Shown: positions 1 to 9,602 of the stretch, piece after piece | Numbering within the stretch: position 1 is the first letter of the stretch | Layout: every line of letters begins with the position of its first letter | Assembly: GCA_041690135.1 (NCBI GenBank) | Contig: JAWLHY010000002.1 | Span: 1,008,342-1,072,341, forward strand | Length of the DNA stretch: 64,000 bases | Source of the DNA: Armatimonadota bacterium | Lineage (GTDB): Bacteria > Armatimonadota > SYMT01 | Direction of reading: 5' to 3' | Position numbers and translations under genes: made by a program | The notes under the pieces: model-generated | What the model saw: only the letters and a program-made list of their open reading frames with translations | What the model was told of the DNA's origin: nothing | The model's database searches: none

Positions 1-12
1 CGGAACGAGCGC

Positions 13-885
13 GTGATCGAGGCCCCGGCGGAGCGCAATACGCTCGTGAAACGGTGCACGGAGGAGGCGGTCGACTTCATTCGCCGGAGCAAGGGCCGGC
101 CGTTTTTCCTCTACCTGCCCCACACGATGCCCGGCTCGACCCAAGCGCCCTTTGCGAGCGATGCCTTCCGCGGTAAGTCGGCCAACGGTCCGTATGGAGA
201 TGCGGTCGAGGAGCTGGACTGGTCCGTGGGCCGGATCCAGGCCGTGCTGAAGGAACTGGGCCTGGACGAGCGCACCCTCGTGATCTGGACCTCGGATAAC
301 GGCGCGCCGCCACGGACGCGCGGCTCCAACCTCCCGCTCGGTGGCTCGGGTTACACCACTGCGGAAGGCGGAATGCGCACGCCCTGCCTCGCGCGCTGGC
401 CGGGCAAGATTCCGGCGAGGAGCACCTGCGCCGAACTGGCCACCACGATGGATCTCTATGTCACCTTCGCCCGTCTCGCCGGCGCGCGCCCGCCGCAGGA
501 CCGCAGCATCGACGGGCTGGACATCCGCCCTCTGCTGTTTGCGGAGCCGGGCGCCCGTTCGCCCCACGTCGCCTTCTACTACTACGCGGGAGAACAGCTT
601 CAGGCGGTTCGCTCCGGCCCCTGGAAGCTTTACCTCCCGGTGAAGCGGTTTGCCGGCCGTCCGCCCAATCCGGCCCTGGCGCCCGGCCGCGCCGCCCTGT
701 ACGACGTGGTCCGCGACCCCGCCGAGGCACGGGATCTGGCCGCGGAGCATCCGCAGGCGGTCCGCATGCTGGATGCCCTGGCCGAAGCCGCCCGCGAGGA
801 CCTCGGAGATCAGGATCGTCCCGGAAAGAACCAGCGCCCCGCCGGTCACGTCGCGAGCCCGAAGCCTCTCATAAGGCGCCCTTGA
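13..885 (+). CDS. Arylsulfatase A-like sulfatase, C-terminal part (5' end probably outside window)
   Basis: PFFLYLPHTMP, YGDAVEELDWSVG, WTSDNG, EGGMRTP and LYDVVRDPAE are typical sulfatase C-terminal motifs; the catalytic CxPxR is not in the window. Confidence 0.85.
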   Translation: MIEAPAERNTLVKRCTEEAVDFIRRSKGRPFFLYLPHTMPGSTQAPFASDAFRGKSANGPYGDAVEELDWSVGRIQAVLKELGLDERTLVIWTSDNGAPPRTRGSNLPLGGSGYTTAEGGMRTPCLARWPGKIPARSTCAELATTMDLYVTFARLAGARPPQDRSIDGLDIRPLLFAEPGARSPHVAFYYYAGEQLQAVRSGPWKLYLPVKRFAGRPPNPALAPGRAALYDVVRDPAEARDLAAEHPQAVRMLDALAEAAREDLGDQDRPGKNQRPAGHVASPKPLIRRP

Positions 886-897
886 TTGCCCCGGCCC

Positions 898-1749
898 TTA
901 CGGGCCGATAGGATTTCCGCTGCCGCCCTGGCTGAACAGCAACGGCGGAGGGGTCTTCACCTCCAGGGTGCGAGCGGGACCGTTCCACTTTACCTGCCAG
1001 TTGAATTTGCGGGCCACTCTACCAAACGGCACCCACCACCCATGCTCCTGCAAGCGGGCACCGCACTCTTGTGCTGCAAACCGGTACTTGCCGAAGCGTA
1101 GCGTGGGATTCCGGGGAAGGCCGAAAACCCTCACCCTCTGATCGCGGAGCAACTCGATGCGCACCCACACCTCCCGATCTCGTAGGGTCGGTGGCTCAAA
1201 AGCCCATAGTCCCATCGTGGGGTAACCGATCGACACGGTGGGAACCGGTGGCGGCGCCAGTAGTTGCTGCGTCGCCTGGGCTTGTTCCCAGAGAGGAACG
1301 CGCCAGGCGGCGACAAAGCCGTCTCGCGGAATTCGACCGTTCCCGTGTGCCTCCTGGCCGCTCATTGCCTCGACACTCACAGTGGAGACTTCCGGTTCAC
1401 CATCGGCATCGGCTCCGCTGTAGACCTGATGCAGTTGCCAGCTGACGCCCAGCACACCGAGCGTGTCTTCTCCCAACTGTGGATAGCAGGTTTCGAACGG
1501 CACCACTGCCGGGTCATGACAGGCGTGCGGTCCTGCGATTCGCTTCGCTTGCGTCAGCGTTACCCGCGGCACGAGAGGACCATGGAAGCGATCGGCTGGG
1601 ATCGAGCAGTGGTCGATGCGGCCACTCTCTCGGTCCAACGAAATCCGAAGATTGTTCTTTTCTCTTCTCTCCGCAACATCGGCCCGACCGCTCCATCCTG
1701 AGCATCCTGTCATCCTGTTCCCTCGGGTTCTCGTGCTCTCTTCGGCCAC
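898..1749 (-). CDS. Hypothetical protein, C-terminus resembling a copper amine oxidase N-terminal (stalk) domain; start uncertain
   Basis: C-terminal GWWVPFGRVARKFNWQVKWNGPARTLEV resembles the xxVPlRfvae.lg..V.Wd stalk motif; N-terminal part unrecognised. Confidence 0.4.
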   Translation of the reverse strand: MAEESTRTRGNRMTGCSGWSGRADVAERREKNNLRISLDRESGRIDHCSIPADRFHGPLVPRVTLTQAKRIAGPHACHDPAVVPFETCYPQLGEDTLGVLGVSWQLHQVYSGADADGEPEVSTVSVEAMSGQEAHGNGRIPRDGFVAAWRVPLWEQAQATQQLLAPPPVPTVSIGYPTMGLWAFEPPTLRDREVWVRIELLRDQRVRVFGLPRNPTLRFGKYRFAAQECGARLQEHGWWVPFGRVARKFNWQVKWNGPARTLEVKTPPPLLFSQGGSGNPIGP

Positions 1750-2067
1750 CGACTGGCGGCGCGGTTCGGCTCAAGTTGACAGGGCCGCGAGCAACGTCTC
1801 AAAATAGACAGGCTCGGTGGGCCTTTTCAGGCACCCTCACCGGGCCTGTTCCATTTGAGGAGAAACTCGCATGGGGATTTGAAACTGCGAGCCAGGGAAA
1901 ATGCCGCCTCCGAGCCTGCGAACGGCACCCTCCCTCGCCGCCAGGACCCGGAGCCAGCCGCCGCGTCAGCCGTGAGCCACGCCTCCGGCGCGCCGATCGT
2001 GCCCAGCGTCCCCGAAGGGGACCCCACTCTTGCGTCCACGACCGCATCCCGACCGCCGACGAAGACC

Positions 2068-4899
2068 ATGAACTACCGCGACACCCTGAATCTGCCGAAA
2101 GACACTCTCCCGATGAAGGCGAACCTGCCGCAGCGGGAACCCGAATTCCAGCGGTTCTGGGAAGAGGCCGACGTCTACCGGAAATCCGTTGAGAAAGAGG
2201 CGCCCCAGGGGCTCTTCATCCTGCACGATGGGCCGCCGTACTCCAACGGCGACATCCACATGGGGCACGCCCTCAACAAGATCCTGAAAGACTTCATCAC
2301 CCGGCACCGCACGATGCAGGGGTTCAGCTCCCCGTATATCCCCGGCTGGGATAACCACGGCATGCCGATCGAGTACGCCGTGTCGCAGGCGGCGCGGGAG
2401 AAGAAGGAAGTCCTGGACCGGGTCGAGCTGCGGACGCGGTGCCGCGACTACGCGCGCAAGTACGTCGATATCCAGCGGGAGCAGTTCAAGCGCCTGGGCA
2501 TCCGGGGGGATTGGGACCGTCCCTATCTCACCATGTCGCACGACTTCGAGTCCCGCATCGTCGAGGTCTTCGCGGAGCTGGCGCTCAAGGGCTACATCTA
2601 TCGCGGCTTGAAGCCGATCCTCTGGTGCCCTTACGATGAAACGGCACTGGCGGAAGCCGAGGTCGAGTACGCGGAGAAGAAGTCGACCTCCATCTACGTC
2701 CGCTTCCCGCTCGCGCAGGACCCGAAGGGCGTGATGCCGGCGGGGGAAGCGAACTACACGATCATCTGGACGACAACTCCCTGGACGATCCCCGCGAACC
2801 TGGCGGTGGCGTACCACCCGGCGCTGGAGTATGTGGTCGTGCGCGCTACTCCCGCGGAGGGCGAAGCGGCGAACTACCTGCTGGCCGAGGGGCTGCTGCA
2901 GGCGACGATGGCGGCGGCCGGCATCACCGACTACGAGGTGGTGTCGCGCCACACCGGGCTGGAACTGGAGGGCATGGTCTTCCGGCATCCGTTGCACGCG
3001 CTGGACGCCACCTTCGACCGGTCGGCGCCGGTGGTGCTGGCCGACTACGTAACCCTGGACGCGGGCACCGGCGTGGTCCACACCGCTCCCGGCCATGGCG
3101 AAGAGGACTTCCGCACCGGTCAGAAGTACGGCCTACCCGTGCTTTGCCCGGTGGATGAGGAGGGGCGGTTCACGGCGGAAGCGGGGCCGTTCCAGGGACT
3201 CGCGGTCCGACCGGGCGATGCCGATATCGCGGTCCTCAAGGCGCTGGCGCAGCAGGGGAACCTCCTGAACAAGGAGTCCTACAAGCACAACTACCCGCAC
3301 TGCTGGCGCTGCCACGGTCCGCTGATCTTCCGGACCACCGTCCAGTGGTTCATGAACATCGACCACGCGCTGCCCAGCGGCGAAACGCACCGGCAACGGA
3401 TGCTGTGTGCGATCCGTGATACGCAGTGGGTTCCCGCAGAGAGCGTCAACCGGATCGAGGCGATGGCGGGCGGTCGTCCGGACTGGTGCCTCTCCCGGCA
3501 GCGGGCGTGGGGGGTCGGGATCCCGATCTTCTACTGCGGAAGCTGCAACGAGGCGATCCACACCCGCGAGAGCCTGGATGCCGCCATCCAACTCGTGCGC
3601 GAGCAGAGCGCGGACGCCTGGTTCACCGTGCCCGCGGCGGAGATCCTGCCGGAAGGCTTCCGGTGCCCGCACTGCAGCGCGGAGGGTCCGTTCACCAAGG
3701 AAACGGACGTGCTCGACGTGTGGTTCGACTCCGGCTCCACCTGGAACGCCGTGCTGGAAAGTGGCCAGTGGCCCGAGCTGCGGTTCCCGGCGGACGTCTA
3801 CCTGGAAGGGTCGGACCAGCACCGCGGGTGGTTTAACAGCTCGCTCACGGTCTGCACCGGGGTCAAGGGCGTGGCGCCGTACCGGACGGTTATCAGCCAC
3901 GGCTTCGCGCTCGACGCCAACGGTGTGAAGATGTCGAAGAGCCGGAAGAACGTAGTCGACCCCCTCGCGGAGATCGAGAAGGGCGGCGCCGACATCCTTC
4001 GGCTCTGGGTGGCCAGTGTCGACTACTTCGACGACGTGCGCATCGGCGGCCCCATCCTGGAGCACGTGCGGAACGTCTTCCTGCGCGTGCGGAACACCCT
4101 GCGGTTCCTGGCCGGCAATCTCGCCGACTTCGACCCGAACCAGCACTGGGTTGAAGAGGGGGATCGCCTGGAGATCGACCGCTGGGCGCTGCATCGCCTG
4201 CACGAAGTGCTGGCGAATTGCAACCGCGCCTACGACGAGTTCGTGTACCACGACGTGTTCCACGAGGTGCAGAACTTCTGCGCGGTGGACCTCGGGGCGT
4301 TCTACCTCGACGTGCTCAAGGACCGCCTCTACTGTTCACGCGCCGATTGGCTGCAGCGGCGCAGCGCTCAGTCCACGCTCTACCAGATCGCGGACCACCT
4401 GGCGCGCCTGCTGGCGCCGATTCTGGTCCACGTGTCGGAAGAGGTGTGGCAGGCCCTGCCCGGCGCCCGCGCCCGCTACGAAAGCGTGCACCTGGCCCCG
4501 TTCCCGGATGCCCACGGGCTCTGGAAGAACGAGGAGCTGGGCCGCAAGTGGGAGCGCCTGCGCGAGGTCCGCGACCGGGTGAACGCCGCCATCGAACCGT
4601 TGAAGCCGAAGACGAAGAACGACCCGAACTTCGTCCTGAAGACCAGCCTGGAGGCATCGGTCACGCTCACGGCCGGACCCGACTGGGCGCCGCTGCTGGA
4701 AGCCTACCGGGACGAGCTTCCAACCGTGCTCATGGTTCCCGTGGTGCAGTTGGAAAGCCGGAACGAAGCCGGGTTGGAAGTCCGCGTAGAGAAGCAGCCG
4801 GGACCGCGCTGCGAGCGCTGCTGGCTCGTGCTCCCCACTGTGGGCCAGGACCCGGACCAGCCGGACCTCTGCGCCCGCTGCGCCGAAGCCATCGCCTGA
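2068..4899 (+). CDS. ileS: Isoleucine--tRNA ligase (type 1)
   Basis: MNYRDTLNLPK start, LHDGPPY..HMGH (HIGH), GWDNHGMPIE, WTTTPWT, GSDQHRGWF, KMSKS, C-terminal CERC..CARC zinc finger; the ORF extends upstream to 1855. Confidence 0.97.
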   Translation: MNYRDTLNLPKDTLPMKANLPQREPEFQRFWEEADVYRKSVEKEAPQGLFILHDGPPYSNGDIHMGHALNKILKDFITRHRTMQGFSSPYIPGWDNHGMPIEYAVSQAAREKKEVLDRVELRTRCRDYARKYVDIQREQFKRLGIRGDWDRPYLTMSHDFESRIVEVFAELALKGYIYRGLKPILWCPYDETALAEAEVEYAEKKSTSIYVRFPLAQDPKGVMPAGEANYTIIWTTTPWTIPANLAVAYHPALEYVVVRATPAEGEAANYLLAEGLLQATMAAAGITDYEVVSRHTGLELEGMVFRHPLHALDATFDRSAPVVLADYVTLDAGTGVVHTAPGHGEEDFRTGQKYGLPVLCPVDEEGRFTAEAGPFQGLAVRPGDADIAVLKALAQQGNLLNKESYKHNYPHCWRCHGPLIFRTTVQWFMNIDHALPSGETHRQRMLCAIRDTQWVPAESVNRIEAMAGGRPDWCLSRQRAWGVGIPIFYCGSCNEAIHTRESLDAAIQLVREQSADAWFTVPAAEILPEGFRCPHCSAEGPFTKETDVLDVWFDSGSTWNAVLESGQWPELRFPADVYLEGSDQHRGWFNSSLTVCTGVKGVAPYRTVISHGFALDANGVKMSKSRKNVVDPLAEIEKGGADILRLWVASVDYFDDVRIGGPILEHVRNVFLRVRNTLRFLAGNLADFDPNQHWVEEGDRLEIDRWALHRLHEVLANCNRAYDEFVYHDVFHEVQNFCAVDLGAFYLDVLKDRLYCSRADWLQRRSAQSTLYQIADHLARLLAPILVHVSEEVWQALPGARARYESVHLAPFPDAHGLWKNEELGRKWERLREVRDRVNAAIEPLKPKTKNDPNFVLKTSLEASVTLTAGPDWAPLLEAYRDELPTVLMVPVVQLESRNEAGLEVRVEKQPGPRCERCWLVLPTVGQDPDQPDLCARCAEAIA

Positions 4900-4930
4900 T
4901 CGGCGGTCCACCACCGGCAAACGCCCAACG

Positions 4931-4979
4931 AAGGCGCCCGCCCTTGCCCCTGTTCACAGGAGTGGGGTGGGCGCCTTTC
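4931..4979 (+). terminator. Hairpin downstream of ileS
   Basis: AAGGCGCCC...GGGCGCCTT inverted repeat followed by pyrimidines. Confidence 0.5.
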
Positions 4980-5402
4980 CTCTCGTCTTCGGCTTCGTGC
5001 GCCGGATATCGGAGCAAAGTGTGGTTGAGGGGCCACAAGACCGGGCCCTGGTTAGCAAGGTCCTGGGTCGGAGCGATGCCAGGGGGTTGTTCCGGCCGTC
5101 GAGACCGATGCCGTGCCCAGAGCCCGGCCGGGGCGGAGATTCGGCCCTACATTTGACGGCGTCACAGCGCGTGCGTATGGACACGACGTTCTCCATGGCC
5201 TCGCGACTGCACCGCCGATGCCCTATTGGCGGCGCCTGTTGCTGTCACGGGATTCTGGTATAACCTTGCAGAGGATCGGACACCGGTGTGGAGTTGTTGA
5301 ACGCAGTTCGCTCCCCAAACCGGCACCGGGTGAGACTAACCGGATGGGTCCCGCAGAAGCACACTTTCAAGCGACGAACCGTTTGTCCAGAGGGATTCGC
5401 TC

Positions 5403-5975
5403 ATGAGCGCAGCCGTAGCCCTGGAGCCGATTTACACCCCTGAAGACCTGCTAGCCCTGCCCGATAGTGGCAAAGGGTACGAGCTGGTGGACGGGAAGCT
5501 GGTGGAGAAGAAGATGGGTGCGTTTGCAAGCTGGGTGGCTGCACAGATCAGTTATCTACTGGTCACGTACGGTCAGAACCACGGTCACGGTTGGGTTCTG
5601 GGCTCGGAGGGCAGCTACCAGTGCTTTCCGGATGCTCCTCGGAAGGTCCGGAAGCCGGATGTCTCCTTCATCCGCCGTGGTCGCCTGGAAGGGGAGCGCA
5701 TCCCGGACGGGCATGTCCTCATCGCGCCCGACCTCGCGGTGGAGGTCGTCTCACCGAACGACACGGCTTACGAAGTGGACGTCAAGGTCCAGGAGTATCT
5801 CGCCGCCGGCGTGCCGTTGGTGTGGGTCGTGAACCCCGCCACCTGCAGCGTCCACGTGTACCGCACCGATGGTTCCGTAGAGAGACTCGGGGAAGAGGCC
5901 GAGCTCACCGCCCCCGACCTCATTGCCGAGCTGCGCGTCAGGGTCGCGGACCTCTTCACCCTGGCTCCCCGCTAA
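5403..5975 (+). CDS. Uma2 family (DUF820) PD-(D/E)XK endonuclease-like protein
   Basis: YELVDGKLVEK, RKPDVSF, APDLAVEVVSPND, KVQEYLAAGVPLVWVVNP. Confidence 0.92.
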   Translation: MSAAVALEPIYTPEDLLALPDSGKGYELVDGKLVEKKMGAFASWVAAQISYLLVTYGQNHGHGWVLGSEGSYQCFPDAPRKVRKPDVSFIRRGRLEGERIPDGHVLIAPDLAVEVVSPNDTAYEVDVKVQEYLAAGVPLVWVVNPATCSVHVYRTDGSVERLGEEAELTAPDLIAELRVRVADLFTLAPR

Positions 5976-6121
5976 GAATACGCCCCTCCTTATCCTCATC
6001 ATAATCCGGACGGCGTCTATCCCCTCTCCCCCCGGGGTATATCGTGCTAAGCAACTCGACCGCCGCTGGCGGCGGCCGGTACTACCCGGCAGATAACCCC
6101 GCAAGATGGGAGCAAATAGAT

Positions 6122-6517
6122 ATGGCAACCGCAACGCAGCGTACGGACCTCGATCTCGATCACTTCCGGGAGTTGTTGTCCGAAGAACGAGCGCGGCTCG
6201 AGGACGACCTGGCGAAGTTGAATGCGATGGAAGAGTCGGGTGGGCCGCGAGGGGAGACCGCAACCGAGCTCGCGGATTATGACCAGCACATGGCCGACCA
6301 GGCGACGGAGACCTTCCTACGGGAGCAGGACCAGGCGATCCACCTGGGCTTGCGTAACTCACTCGACCAGGTGAACCGGGCCTGGGCCAAGCTGGAACGG
6401 GGCACCTATGGTATCTGCGAGCGCTGCGGCGCGCACATCAAGGAAGAGCGGCTGGAGTTTGTTCCGCACGCGATCTACTGCATGGATTGCGCCAGCGATA
6501 TCGAAGCCCGCTTTTGA
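6122..6517 (+). CDS. TraR/DksA C4-type zinc finger protein
   Basis: HMADQATE coiled-coil tip and GTYGICERCG..I..ERL...P.AIYCMDC; ATG at 6122 chosen over the ORF-track start at 6044. Confidence 0.9.
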   Translation: MATATQRTDLDLDHFRELLSEERARLEDDLAKLNAMEESGGPRGETATELADYDQHMADQATETFLREQDQAIHLGLRNSLDQVNRAWAKLERGTYGICERCGAHIKEERLEFVPHAIYCMDCASDIEARF

Positions 6518-6524
6518 ACCCGAA

Positions 6525-8603
6525 TTAGCCGCAGAAGGGGCCGTTCCCGAAGAGGGCGGCCACTTCCTCCGGCGCGAAGGTCAGGAACACCGGGCGTCCG
6601 TGGGGGCAGGTGTAAGGATTCTGGGCACTCCGGAGATCCAGTAGGAGTTGCTCCAGCTCCGCTGTGCTCAGGGTCTGCCCCGCCTTGACCGCTGTTTTGC
6701 AGGAGCGTCCCGCAGCCACGGAGGCGACCTCTTCCTTCCGCAGCTTCACCTGGCCGCCGTGGGATTGGGTCGCCAGCTCATCCGCCAGGTCCCGGAAGAC
6801 GGCCTCGTAGTTGCGGCCCAGCAGGCTGCGCGGCACTGAGACCAGCCGGTACCGGTTCGGACCGAACGGCTCCACGCCGAAGCCGAGCTCGGCCAGCAGC
6901 TCCCGGTGCTCTTCCAGGGCCAGCGCCTGCGTACGGTCGACCTGCAGGGTTGGGGGTAACAGGAGCGGCTCGGCCGGCTCGGCGCCGCCCGTCGCCGCCA
7001 TCATCCGGTCGAACAGGACCCGCTCGTGTGCCACATGCTGGTCGATGACCCACAGCTTTCCGTCCCCTTCGGCCAGGATGAAGAGCTCCTTCACCTGCCC
7101 CAGCAGGGCCAGTTCGGCGATGGCGTGCCGCGGCGGCTCGGCCACGGGGGGCGTCACCCTGGGCGCGGCAGGCCGGGCATCGACCGTTCGCGTGGCCGGA
7201 GTCTCTTCGAACGGGTCGAAGTCGGGTGGCAGCGGCGCTCGGGCGGTCTCCGTTCCGGAGTAGCCGTGCGTAAGGGCTGGCCCGGCACTTGGGTGCGGAT
7301 CCCGGTCTGGAGTACGGCCGGGGCTCTGCCAGCGCTGGGGCGGGACTCGCCCGCCGATGGCGGATTGGGCAAATGGCAGCGGTCCGGTCTCTTCCGCGGC
7401 TGGGGCCGGCGGAGCGGCGGCGGGTTCCGAAACCCGCAGGCTCCGCGGTGGAAGATCCTCGAGTTCCGGCGCCGGGATCGGCGGCTGGACCGCCGACCCG
7501 CTCAGCTCGCCATCCCGGCTCAGCGCCTCCCGTACGGCGTGACGAAGGGCCGCCTGCACGGACCCCTCGTCCTGGAACCGCACCTCCGTTTTGGCCGGGT
7601 GGACGTTCACATCGACCTTATCCGCCGGGACCTGGATGAACAACAGCGCCACCGGGTACCGGCCCTGCGGCATGGTGGCGCGGAAGGCGTCGTCCAGGGC
7701 CCGGTAGAAGAGGGGGGAGCGGACGGAGCGGCCGTTCACGTAGAAGTGCTGCAGGGCGCGGTTGGCGCGCGTCAGCGTGGGCCGGCCGATGAACCCCGTC
7801 ACCGATACCATTGGAAGGGCTGTGCGGGGAGTCGCCTCCTGAAAGGGATCGTCACCGGCGTCTGCGAGACGATTGGCTTCCTCCGTCCCGCTGTTATCGC
7901 CTTCCGCCGGACCGCCACGGGGTCCCACCCGGATCATATCGCGGGCGATCGGCCGGCCGAGGACCGCCACCACGGCGTTGAGAGGGTCCTGGGAGCCCGG
8001 CGAGAGGAGCGATTCCCGGCCGTCGTGGATCAGCCGGAAGCTCACGTCGGCATGGGAAAGGGCCAGTCGCTGCAGCCAGTCGGTGATCTGTCCGGCCTCC
8101 GTCGAGTCCGACTTGAGGAACTTCTCCCGGACCGGCACGTTGAAGAAGAGGCGGCGGACCGTGATCGTCGTGCCCACCGGGGCGGCCGCGGGCTCTACCG
8201 TCTTTACCATCCCGCCCTCCACCAGAAGCCGGGTCCCGCCGGCGGCATCGGGCGTGCGAGTGAGGATCTCCAGCTCGCTTACCGCAGCGATGCTGGGGAG
8301 GGCCTCGCCGCGGAAGCCCAGGGTGTGGATGTTGAACAGGTCGTCCGCCGAGCGCAGTTTGCTGGTGGCGTGCCGCTGGAGGGCGAGGCGCGCCTCTTCC
8401 GGGGTCATGCCGCAGCCGTCGTCGCTGATCCGGATCAGCGCCTTGCCGCCGGCCTGGGTCTCGACCACGATGCGCCGGGCGCCGGCGTCCAGGGCGTTTT
8501 CGACCAGCTCCTTGACGGCGGAGGCGGGGCGCTCAACGACTTCGCCGGCGGCGATACGCTCCGCGATCTCGGGCGGCAGGATCCAGATACGGGGTTCGGG
8601 CAT
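6525..8603 (-). CDS. mutL: DNA mismatch repair endonuclease MutL
   Basis: IAAGEVVERPASAVKELVENALDAGA, GFRGEALPSI, DVNVHPAKTEVRF, DQHVAHER, SCK, CPHGRP. Confidence 0.97.
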   Translation of the reverse strand: MPEPRIWILPPEIAERIAAGEVVERPASAVKELVENALDAGARRIVVETQAGGKALIRISDDGCGMTPEEARLALQRHATSKLRSADDLFNIHTLGFRGEALPSIAAVSELEILTRTPDAAGGTRLLVEGGMVKTVEPAAAPVGTTITVRRLFFNVPVREKFLKSDSTEAGQITDWLQRLALSHADVSFRLIHDGRESLLSPGSQDPLNAVVAVLGRPIARDMIRVGPRGGPAEGDNSGTEEANRLADAGDDPFQEATPRTALPMVSVTGFIGRPTLTRANRALQHFYVNGRSVRSPLFYRALDDAFRATMPQGRYPVALLFIQVPADKVDVNVHPAKTEVRFQDEGSVQAALRHAVREALSRDGELSGSAVQPPIPAPELEDLPPRSLRVSEPAAAPPAPAAEETGPLPFAQSAIGGRVPPQRWQSPGRTPDRDPHPSAGPALTHGYSGTETARAPLPPDFDPFEETPATRTVDARPAAPRVTPPVAEPPRHAIAELALLGQVKELFILAEGDGKLWVIDQHVAHERVLFDRMMAATGGAEPAEPLLLPPTLQVDRTQALALEEHRELLAELGFGVEPFGPNRYRLVSVPRSLLGRNYEAVFRDLADELATQSHGGQVKLRKEEVASVAAGRSCKTAVKAGQTLSTAELEQLLLDLRSAQNPYTCPHGRPVFLTFAPEEVAALFGNGPFCG

Positions 8604-8612
8604 GACTCAATC

Positions 8613-9497
8613 TTACCGCACCAAGCCCGCGCGCCGGAGCCACTTCAGGATGAGGTCCTCGAACGGCTCGTCGGTGATGGCCTGGAGGTAGTCGGCGCCG
8701 TACCGGCGGCACGTGTCCTGGATTCCGCCGCAGAACTGGTCCACCGCCTTCTGGTAATCTTTCAGCAGGCTGGGGCTTACGGTGATCTCCCGCTCCTCAC
8801 CGGTCTCGCAGTCCACCAGCTTCAAATCGCCGAGCACTTCGGGGCGCACTTCAGATCGGTCCAGCACGTGGACCACCGCCACCTGGAACTTCCGGTGGAG
8901 CAGGGCCTTGAGACCGGTCTCCCACTCGGGGTCGAAGAAGTCGCTGAGGAGGATCGCCACTCCCGGCCTGCGGGTGCGCAGGGCATACTCCTTCAGGCTG
9001 CCGGCGAGCGAGGTCTGCCCGTCCGGCACGGCGTTCTCCAGGAAGTTGAAGTACTGGAAGATTTGCTGTTTGCCGCGGATGGGGGGGAAGTGGTGCCGCA
9101 TCCGCTCGTCGAAGATGGTGCAGCCGACCCGGTCGTAGTTGGCGAGCCCGATGTATCCCAGCGAAGCAGCCACCCGGCGTGCATAGTCGAACTTCGTGGG
9201 CGACCCGTAAGCCATGGAGCGCGACCCATCGATCAGCACGTAGACGTGCAGGTCTTCCTCTTCCACGAACAGCTTCAGGAAGAGTTTCTCCAGCCGCGCG
9301 TAGGTGTTCCAGTCCAGGTACCGGGGATCGTCACCGAGCGTGTAGTTGCGGTAGTCGGCGAACTCCACGGAGGTACCGCGCCGGGTGCTGCGGCGTTCCC
9401 CCTTGAGCTGACCGGAGAAAACCTTCTTGCTGACGATCGAAAGCTGCTCCAGCTTCCGCAGGAATTCCGGTTCGAGCAGCGACGTCGTCAGCGGCAT
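8613..9497 (-). CDS. DUF58 domain-containing protein (vWA-like)
   Basis: GTSVEFADYRNYTLGDDPRYLDWN, LIDGSRSM, LLSDF. Confidence 0.92.
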   Translation of the reverse strand: MPLTTSLLEPEFLRKLEQLSIVSKKVFSGQLKGERRSTRRGTSVEFADYRNYTLGDDPRYLDWNTYARLEKLFLKLFVEEEDLHVYVLIDGSRSMAYGSPTKFDYARRVAASLGYIGLANYDRVGCTIFDERMRHHFPPIRGKQQIFQYFNFLENAVPDGQTSLAGSLKEYALRTRRPGVAILLSDFFDPEWETGLKALLHRKFQVAVVHVLDRSEVRPEVLGDLKLVDCETGEEREITVSPSLLKDYQKAVDQFCGGIQDTCRRYGADYLQAITDEPFEDLILKWLRRAGLVR

Positions 9498-9602
9498 GAT
9501 CTCTGGCTCCAGGGGTTCGGTTGAGATGAGGGTAGGCGAACCGTGCCGCCTACCCTCCTAAATGCTTCCCAGTCCCGTTTTATTGCGCCGGGTGAAAATT
9601 GC

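Noticed and set aside
1855-2067. T-box riboswitch or 71-aa N-terminal extension of ileS
   Set aside because: No T-box GGTGGNACCGCG motif seen; the extension is low-complexity and the conserved N-terminus starts at 2068. A longer start cannot be fully excluded.
5403-5975. Uma2 nuclease as a defence system
   Set aside because: Stand-alone member of a commonly expanded family with no partner genes nearby
7026-9524. Long antisense ORFs (832 aa here; also 14771-16105, 32700-34277, 45920-47332, 50826-52754, 53692-55824)
   Set aside because: Shadow frames opposite well-supported genes in high-GC DNA, with no recognisable motifs
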